Below, piece by piece: positions 63,234-64,000 of a DNA stretch of 64,000 bases; positions within the stretch are counted from its first letter, which is position 1, and every line of letters begins with the position of its first letter. A program made the translations under genes and the position numbers. The stretch comes from Phoronis australis. Lineage: Eukaryota > Animalia > Phoronida. The DNA lies in contig NMRA01000573.1 in NCBI GenBank assembly GCA_002633005.1, positions 62,001 to 126,000 on the forward strand, read 5' to 3'. Below the pieces are notes generated by a model. That model was not told the origin of the DNA, made no database searches, and was given only the letters and a program-made list of their open reading frames with translations.

Positions 63234-64000
63234 CTGCAAATGCGTTACACAGATTCATGCAGCCCTCGTTGGCGCTAGTGCAGAGTGCTTTGCTGCAATA
63301 AACCAGAACGCTTGACAACATTGATATTTGTGCATCACCAGAAATGTAAGAGTCAGACTTAACATAATTTGATTACATACGTTGAAACTATGGATGTTCA
63401 GAAGTAGCGTTTGGGAAAATAAGTTATGACTAAATTGGTCTCCGTTAAAATTCACTTTAGAAGTGAAATGGAAAGAACGTTCTTGAAACATTGCATTTTT
63501 GGATAAGTGTTTTGTATCACTGGTAAAACCTATATTGTTAGATCAGCAATCCGTTTAACTCAGAACCTATCACTTCGTATAATTGGCTTAGTTGAGAACG
63601 GATTACAGAACGTCTCTCTTTACTCTAGTCAGTTCATACGTTTTCTTTAATGACAAAAATGTCATATTGATTCTCGATTTCACAGAAGGCATACCATTCA
63701 TTCCCCTATTCCTACCCTCACTGCTCTGAGATCTATAGATCGGGAGGTAATTTACTTTTCAACTTTGCTCATCAGGGCACGATCTTTTTGCTCCACTACT
63801 GTGTCGGTTATACAACTTTGTGTTCAATCTAAATACATTAAATCTCTCACATACAGTGTTATACTGTTGGTGGGAGCAAATTTTAAAGCCGCATTTCGCC
63901 CTGTTTATCCAACTGAACAACGAAAATCGGTTTAGTACTTTTACTCTCACAAAAATCAGTCTCATCGTAGGATTCTATTTCTATTACCAACAAGAATATT

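Overview
AT-rich eukaryotic genomic DNA with GT-AG spliceosomal introns, probably from an invertebrate animal (taxon not determinable from sequence). There is one assembly gap (19912-20699). Five protein-coding genes can be reconstructed exon by exon: (1) the 5' part of RSF1 on the minus strand, running off the left edge; (2) a secreted 3-Ig-domain VEGFR/PDGFR-like protein with no transmembrane or kinase domain (minus); (3) a cyclophilin A-type PPIase (plus); (4) the HAD-family pseudouridine-5'-phosphatase PUDP/HDHD1 (plus); (5) a 5'-incomplete precursor made of a Cys-containing peptide ending in GKR, an EF-hand pair and an acidic tail (minus). Introns and intergenic DNA hold many non-autonomous DNA transposons, some with short 5-7 bp target-site duplications (TSDs), plus SINE fragments, a locally duplicated promoter-like block and a probable membrane-protein pseudogene. 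The most unusual structure is a ~173-bp tandem array inside a 6.1-kb terminal-inverted-repeat (TIR) element just upstream of RSF1. Each unit carries an 18+7+18 palindromic cassette whose asymmetric core (an Sp/KLF-type motif) is flipped in some units, while the units themselves keep the same orientation. All gene models and family calls were made by eye without database searches.
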